This document shows positions 58,704 to 64,000 of a stretch of 64,000 nt of DNA, one piece after another. The translations under genes were made by a program, and so were the position numbers. Within the stretch, counting starts at the first letter, position 1. Each line of letters opens with the position of its first letter. The stretch is from Bacteroidales bacterium (GTDB lineage: Bacteria > Bacteroidota > Bacteroidia > Bacteroidales > Paludibacteraceae): NCBI GenBank assembly GCA_012518275.1, contig JAAYSS010000065.1, positions 15,995-79,994 of the forward strand, given 5' to 3'. The notes beneath the pieces are model-generated. The model saw only the letters and a list, made by a program, of their open reading frames with translations. It was not told where the DNA came from and searched no databases.

Positions 58704-59720
58704 TTATAGTTCCCACTGTTCCAAGTTGTCCACCAAATCGTCAAAGCATTTTATTTTTGATTTAGCTTTTACTTCGGCGATTTGAGCATCTAAAGCATCG
58801 TTGTAGGTTTCTGCGGGTACATCACGAATAATGCCCATTGCAATCGGCATTTCAGGTCCTTGCATCATTGCCAATTCCCAGTGCAAAGTAGGATTCGGAT
58901 TTTGTGCATCGTGAACCAAAATATCACTTTCTTTAATGCCGTTTTCACCGATTTTCACTGCTTTCAGACGTCCGTTTTCCAAGATTAATCCTTTGTCCCT
59001 ATTCACGCCATAAATCATCGGTTTGCCGTGTTCTAAGAAAACAATTTTGTCAGGACGAAGATTTTTCTCAGCAAGCCATCCGTGAGCTCCATCGTTGAAA
59101 ATCACGCAGTTCACCAGACACTCAATAACGGCAGCTCCTTTGTGTTTTGTTGCCGCAAGCATCACTTTCTGTGCGTTTTTCAAATCCACGTCAAGAAGTC
59201 TTCCAAAGAAATTTCCGCGAGCGCCAAAAGTTAGTTCTGCCGGGCGGAATGGTTCTTCGATTGTTCCATAAGGGGATGATTTAGTAACCTGCCCTTTGTA
59301 TGAAGTGGGTGAGTATTGCCCTTTGGTCAGACCGTAAATCTGATTGTTGAAAAGCAGGATATTGATGTCTATATTTCGTCTTACGCTATGAATAAAGTGG
59401 TTCCCACCGATTGCCAAGCAGTCGCCATCACCAGTAATCTGCCAAACGGTGAGTTTTGGATTTGCCACTTTTACGCCGGTTGCAATTGCAGCGCCACGCC
59501 CGTGAATAGTGTGAAACCCATAGGTGCCAATATAGTATGGCAAGCGCGACGAACAGCCAATGCCTGAAATCACAACGGTTTCGTGTGGCGGAACGCCCAG
59601 TTCAGCCATCGTTTTTTGCAGGCTATTGATGATGGCGTAATCGCCACAGCCGGGGCACCAGCGAACTTGTTGGTCACTCTTAAAATCTTTTGCTGTATAT
59701 CTTATTTTTGTTGCTTCCAT
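58704..59720 (-). CDS. 2-oxoacid:ferredoxin oxidoreductase beta subunit
   Basis: WCPGCGD, SGIGCSS, TPP-binding GDGD..NN, YGLTKGQ. Confidence 0.93.
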   Translation of the reverse strand: MEATKIRYTAKDFKSDQQVRWCPGCGDYAIINSLQKTMAELGVPPHETVVISGIGCSSRLPYYIGTYGFHTIHGRGAAIATGVKVANPKLTVWQITGDGDCLAIGGNHFIHSVRRNIDINILLFNNQIYGLTKGQYSPTSYKGQVTKSSPYGTIEEPFRPAELTFGARGNFFGRLLDVDLKNAQKVMLAATKHKGAAVIECLVNCVIFNDGAHGWLAEKNLRPDKIVFLEHGKPMIYGVNRDKGLILENGRLKAVKIGENGIKESDILVHDAQNPNPTLHWELAMMQGPEMPIAMGIIRDVPAETYNDALDAQIAEVKAKSKIKCFDDLVDNLEQWEL

Positions 59721-59725
59721 AGTCC

Positions 59726-61573
59726 TTATTTTAAAATTAATTCAAAATGTTCTTCCAATTCCGAAACGGTAAATGGTTGACCTTGTATCTTGTTGTATTT
59801 CAGAACATCAATTCCATCAATTTGTGCACGCAGATAGCCTGCAAACTGTCCTGAATTTAACTCACAAACCACGATTTTCTTGAATTTTTTCAACACTTCT
59901 TCCGTGTTTTTAGGCAGTGGATTGATGTAGTTGAAATGAGCCATTGCCACATTTTTTCCTTTGCTAATTAGGTTGGAAACCGCACCCATCAAGTGTCCTT
60001 TGGTGCTTCCCCAACCCACGACCAGCAAGTCGGCATTTTCATTTCCATAAATTTCTAAATCTGGAATGTTTTGCTCCACATTCTTCACTTTTTCAGCGCG
60101 AGCTGCCACCATTTTCGCATGGTTGGTAGGATTAGATGAAATACTTCCTTTTACATAATCCTTTTCCAATCCCCCGTTTCGATACATAAATCCTTCTGTA
60201 CCGGGGATAGCCCAGTAGCGCGCTTTCGTTTCTTCATCTCTCGAGCCTGCTGTATAATTTTTGTAATCGGCAGGTACGTAGTTTGGCTTGATTTCGGGAA
60301 GTTCAGCCAGTTTTGGTAGTTTCCAGAGTGAAGTTCCGTTGCCGATAAAGGCATCAGATAAAACAATGACGGGTGTTGCATGTTCCAAAGCTATTTTAGA
60401 AGCCATGTATGTGTAATGGAAACAATCGTCGGGTGTGCTTGGCGCAATAACAACCACGGGGCTTTCACCGTTTCTTCCGTGAAGTGCTTGTAATAGGTCG
60501 GTTTGCTCAGTTTTCGTGGGCATACCGGTTGACGGACCGCCACGCATCACATCAACTATCACCAAAGGCAGTTCAGCCATTACAGCTAAACCGATTGCTT
60601 CCGACTTCAATGCCAATCCCGGTCCGGAAGTACTGGTAGCCGCCAAGCATCCGGCATACGAAGCTCCAACAGCAGTAGCAACTCCTGCAATTTCGTCTTC
60701 GCACTGCATCACTTTCACGCCCAAGTCGCGGCGTAGAGCCAATTCCTGCATAATGTCAGAAGCCGGTGTAATGGGATAACTTCCCAAGAACAGTTCTAAT
60801 TCGGCTTTTTCTGCAGCTGCAATCAATCCGTAAGCGGTAGCAGTGTTTCCGGAAATACTGGTATATTTTCCGGGAACTGTGTCGCCTGAGCGCTCAATTG
60901 TATAGGTAGGAACGGACAAATGAAGGTTATTACCATAGTTATAACCGTCATTTAGCACTTTAATATTTGCTTCAAGAACAGTTGGTTTTCTCTTAAATTT
61001 GTTTTGAAGAAAATATTCAGCTTTTTCCAGCGGTCGGTTAAACAGCCAGCATACCAGCCCGAGTGCGAACATATTTTTGCTTCGCAAAACGGCTTTACCA
61101 TCCATTCCGTATCCTTCCAAGCTTTTTTGTGTCAGCGTGGTAAGTTGCGTGGGTATCAATGTGATAGTTTCAGATACTCCAAGCTCTGTGAAAGGGTTTT
61201 CAGTAGTGAATCCGGCTTTTTCCAAATCTTTTTCCTGAAAGCTATCTTCATCAAAGATAATGGCACCGCCTTTTTTCACTTTTTTGATATTCACTTTAAG
61301 TGCGGCGGGATTCATGGCTACAAAAACGTCCGCTTCGTCACCGGGCGTGTACACTTTACTTGAACCGATGTGCACTTGAAAGCCGGACACTCCGCCCAAA
61401 GTGCCTTGCGGAGCACGAATTTCTGCCGGAAAATCGGGGAAAGTAGAAATTTCGTTTCCGATTACAGCAGAGATGTTAGAGAACAATGTGCCTGTAAGTT
61501 GCATCCCGTCGCCCGAGTCGCCCGCAAACAGAACTACCACATTGTCTACTTCTTTTACTTTGATGTTTTCCAT
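59726..61573 (-). CDS. 2-oxoacid:acceptor oxidoreductase alpha subunit (gamma-alpha fusion)
   Basis: GDSGDG, YPITPAS, EDEI, TSGPG, RGGPSTG. Confidence 0.93.
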   Translation of the reverse strand: MENIKVKEVDNVVVLFAGDSGDGMQLTGTLFSNISAVIGNEISTFPDFPAEIRAPQGTLGGVSGFQVHIGSSKVYTPGDEADVFVAMNPAALKVNIKKVKKGGAIIFDEDSFQEKDLEKAGFTTENPFTELGVSETITLIPTQLTTLTQKSLEGYGMDGKAVLRSKNMFALGLVCWLFNRPLEKAEYFLQNKFKRKPTVLEANIKVLNDGYNYGNNLHLSVPTYTIERSGDTVPGKYTSISGNTATAYGLIAAAEKAELELFLGSYPITPASDIMQELALRRDLGVKVMQCEDEIAGVATAVGASYAGCLAATSTSGPGLALKSEAIGLAVMAELPLVIVDVMRGGPSTGMPTKTEQTDLLQALHGRNGESPVVVIAPSTPDDCFHYTYMASKIALEHATPVIVLSDAFIGNGTSLWKLPKLAELPEIKPNYVPADYKNYTAGSRDEETKARYWAIPGTEGFMYRNGGLEKDYVKGSISSNPTNHAKMVAARAEKVKNVEQNIPDLEIYGNENADLLVVGWGSTKGHLMGAVSNLISKGKNVAMAHFNYINPLPKNTEEVLKKFKKIVVCELNSGQFAGYLRAQIDGIDVLKYNKIQGQPFTVSELEEHFELILK

Positions 61574-61620
61574 ATATATATGTATTTATTTAATTTGTAA
61601 AAAATCGCACAATTTGCGTT

Positions 61621-63018
61621 TTAGAAATCCGCATTATTCGGTGTCCGTGGGAACGGTATTACATCCCGTATATTCGCCATGCCAGTTACGAACAACAGTA
61701 ATCGTTCAAAACCCAGTCCAAAGCCCGAGTGCGGTGCCGTACCAAAGCGGCGTGTGTCTAAGTACCACCAGATGTCTTTTTCGGGTACGCCCATTGAAGT
61801 AGCACGCGTTTTTAGTTTCTCGTAATCTTCTTCACGCTGAGAACCTCCGATAATTTCCCCGATTTTCGGGAAAAGTACGTCCATAGCACGCACAGTTTTT
61901 CCATCTTCGTTCAGTTTCATATAGAAAGCTTTGATTTCCTGTGGATAATCGGTTAGGATTACAGGTTTTTTGAAATGCTTTTCTACCAAATAGCGCTCAT
62001 GTTCCGACTGCAAATCCGTTCCCCAACCAACAGGGTATTCAAATTTATGACCTTTGGCAACGGCTTCTTCTAGAATTTTAATTCCTTCCGTGTAAGATAG
62101 ACGAACAAAGTCGTTTTCCACTACAAATTTCAGTCGTTCTATCAATCCCTTGTCGTACATCTTATTTAGGAATTTCAGGTCATCTTCACAATTATCCAGC
62201 GCCCACTGCACGCAATATTGGATAAATTCTTGCGCCAGTTGCATGTTTTCTTCTATTTCATAGAAAGCAATTTCTGGTTCAATCATCCAGAATTCCGATA
62301 AGTGGCGTGGCGTATTCGAGTTTTCGGCACGGAAAGTAGGTCCGAATGTATAAATCGCTCCCAGAGCCATTGCAGCCAGTTCACCTTCCAGTTGTCCTGA
62401 AACGGTCAGGTTGGCGTGTCTGCCGAAGAAATCTTCCGTGAAATCCACTTCCCCTTTGTCGTTTTTCTTCACATTCGCTAAATCCAGCGTGGTAACTTGG
62501 AACATCTGACCGGCACCTTCCGCATCAGAACCCGTGATAATCGGCGTGTGGAAATAGTAAAATCCACGGTCGTGAAAAAACTTATGGATAGCAATTGACA
62601 TGTGGTGGCGGATACGGAATACAGCCCCAAACGTGTTTGTACGCGGGCGTAAGTGTGCTATCTCGCGAAGGAATTCAAGCGTATGTCCTTTTTTCTGCAA
62701 CGGGTAAGTTGCCGGATCGGCTCCGCCGTAAATCAGTACATCTTCTGCTTGAATTTCAACGGCTTGTCCTCTTCCCTGTGATTCTACTAATTTGCCCGTA
62801 ACACTGATACAAGCACCTGTAGTAACCGGTTTTAGATACTCTACATCAAACTTACTTAAATCAATAACAACTTGAATGTTATTAATGGTTGAGCCATCAT
62901 TTAAAGCAATGAAGCTCACATTCTTATTCCCTCGGCGAGTACGAACCCACCCTTTAACGTTTACATCTGTTCCTAACGCTGAACCTTTCAGCGCATCCAC
63001 AATTTTTGTTCTTTGCAT
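61621..63018 (-). CDS. asnS: asparagine--tRNA ligase
   Basis: [36 protein letters not shown] 63018. Confidence 0.97.
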   Translation of the reverse strand: MQRTKIVDALKGSALGTDVNVKGWVRTRRGNKNVSFIALNDGSTINNIQVVIDLSKFDVEYLKPVTTGACISVTGKLVESQGRGQAVEIQAEDVLIYGGADPATYPLQKKGHTLEFLREIAHLRPRTNTFGAVFRIRHHMSIAIHKFFHDRGFYYFHTPIITGSDAEGAGQMFQVTTLDLANVKKNDKGEVDFTEDFFGRHANLTVSGQLEGELAAMALGAIYTFGPTFRAENSNTPRHLSEFWMIEPEIAFYEIEENMQLAQEFIQYCVQWALDNCEDDLKFLNKMYDKGLIERLKFVVENDFVRLSYTEGIKILEEAVAKGHKFEYPVGWGTDLQSEHERYLVEKHFKKPVILTDYPQEIKAFYMKLNEDGKTVRAMDVLFPKIGEIIGGSQREEDYEKLKTRATSMGVPEKDIWWYLDTRRFGTAPHSGFGLGFERLLLFVTGMANIRDVIPFPRTPNNADF

Positions 63019-63098
63019 AAAAATAAAAAGACAGCCCCTATTTCCCAAAAGGTAAAATAGTGAGCTAATCAAAGGTTATAAAATTTAGAAATTTTCAT
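63019..63098 (-). promoter_or_regulatory. candidate asnS leader attenuator (u[12 protein letters not shown] + hairpin + U-tract)
   Basis: uORF 63098-63069; 17-bp bulged stem 63070-63030; U5-A-U5 directly before the asnS ATG; -7 box at 63157-63150. Confidence 0.4.
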
Positions 63099-63190
63099 TA
63101 AGCTTCTTTTTCTCTTTTCGAAAAGATACTTAATTAAATAATTAAAGCACAAATTTACTACATTTAATCCATTTTTAATAAAATATTTCG

Positions 63191-63229
63191 AAATAAAAAA
63201 ACACCTGTCAAAACAAGTGTTTTTTATTT
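63191..63229 (-). terminator. probable terminator after gldJ
   Basis: AAATAAAAAAACAC / GTGTTTTTTATTT inverted repeat. Confidence 0.55.
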
Positions 63230-63303
63230 GAGTATTTCTTGTCCGATATTCGAAAAACAACTGTTGTCAATAAAGAGTTCAACATTGATGTTTGTCGCAA
63301 ATT

Positions 63304-64000
63304 TTATCTTTTTTTCTTCTTTTTTGCTGCAGGTTGATTATCGATGCTTCCAAGCATGGTCATTGCGCAGCGGAAACCGATATCATTGGCGGATTTGTCT
63401 TGATCCAAGTAGCGTCGTGCAGCAGGATTAATCCAGTAAGCTCTGTCTTTCCATGAGCCACCTTTGTAAACACGTGTCTTGTTTGATATTTTCGGTGCAA
63501 GTACGTCGGTCGGGTCAAGCTTCCGGGTATTTCTCAAAGACGCCATTCCTTCCGGATCGGTATAAAGTTGAAAATCGGTAACGATTTGGTCTCTTCCGTC
63601 GCGGTAGCTACGCATATCATCTTCGGGAAGCACAACGCGGGCAATTCTACCCAGAGAATCTACCTTTAACTGGTACCTGCCGTTTTCGTCTTGCGATTCA
63701 GCCAAGTAAGTGTAGCCTTGATTTCCACGATAAGGATTATAATCAGCTACTTCCTGATGCGATGTAGGGCGGTACACATCCAATACCCATTCATTTACAT
63801 TTCCTGCCATGTTGTAAAGGCCAAAATCATTGGGTGGATAGGCATCACCGGGTGCAGTTGTGGTGTATCGGTCGTTTAAGTCGCCGGCGGTACCCATCAT
63901 ATCACCGCGTCCGCGGACAAAGTTTGCTTGCATCCGACCTTGTGTTTTCCCTTTTCCCGTAGCTCGTAAGCGGTCACCGGTCCAAGGATACAATCTTCCT
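63304..64000 (-). CDS. gldJ: gliding motility/T9SS lipoprotein GldJ (FGE/SUMF1 fold), 5' end outside the window
   Basis: ANF.RG.GD, PNDFGLYNMAGNVNEWV.D, RVYKGGSWKDRAYW..P..RRY..Q..IGFRCAM; frame open to the window edge. Confidence 0.75.
   Translation of the reverse strand, partial: GRLYPWTGDRLRATGKGKTQGRMQANFVRGRGDMMGTAGDLNDRYTTTAPGDAYPPNDFGLYNMAGNVNEWVLDVYRPTSHQEVADYNPYRGNQGYTYLAESQDENGRYQLKVDSLGRIARVVLPEDDMRSYRDGRDQIVTDFQLYTDPEGMASLRNTRKLDPTDVLAPKISNKTRVYKGGSWKDRAYWINPAARRYLDQDKSANDIGFRCAMTMLGSIDNQPAAKKKKKR

Noticed and set aside
63029..63038. AGACAGCCCC matching 10 bp of the IS1182 end
   Set aside because: Short match that is better explained as the 3' arm of the asnS leader hairpin; no partner end or transposase remnant.
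22995..63072. Longer N-termini in the ORF track for murI, sppA, the TPR lipoprotein, gldH, trmB, mrp, the 46.7-kb membrane protein, the 47.3-kb hydrolase, serA and asnS
   Set aside because: The extensions run through promoter boxes or upstream genes; downstream ATGs give family-typical starts or signal peptides.
1..64000. Many 60-170 aa ORFs antisense to or nested in long genes (e.g. 905-1306, 17209-17628, 19761-20261, 30675-31145, 44493-44936)
   Set aside because: They shadow well-supported genes, have no recognisable motifs and no promoter context.
1..64000. CRISPR array, tRNA/rRNA, prophage or integrase
   Set aside because: No regularly spaced repeat-spacer units, cloverleafs, rRNA-like tracts or phage/integrase proteins seen by eye; a covariance-model scan was not possible.

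Overview
AT-rich chromosomal segment from a Bacteroidales-type bacterium. The assignment rests on TAnnTTTG -7 promoter boxes, a T9SS C-terminal sorting signal, gldH/gldJ, and gene content resembling Paludibacter-like lineages (taxonomy is inference). About 55 CDS, mostly housekeeping: upp, rpoN, priA, dcp, murF, murI, sppA, holB, trmB, mrp, lon, pulA, mutS, serC/serA, folB, pdxB, dacB, birA, a 2-oxoacid:ferredoxin oxidoreductase pair, asnS and the 3' part of gldJ. The only mobile element is an 870-bp IS1182-family derivative with intact 14-bp terminal inverted repeats and an apparent in-frame internal deletion. I saw no rRNA, tRNA, CRISPR array or prophage. The most interesting signals are small and regulatory. 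(1) A three-gene operon (DUF2089-like Zn-ribbon/HTH protein, membrane protein, secreted serine hydrolase) whose promoter is overlaid by repeats phased at exactly 21 bp. (2) A uORF plus terminator-like hairpin in the asnS leader that looks like an attenuator. (3) sigma54-like -24/-12 boxes and a shared GACA-N3-TGAC motif at hsp20 and lon. (4) An unannotated 49-codon ORF that fills the pdxB-dacB gap. All functional claims come from motif reading without database searches.
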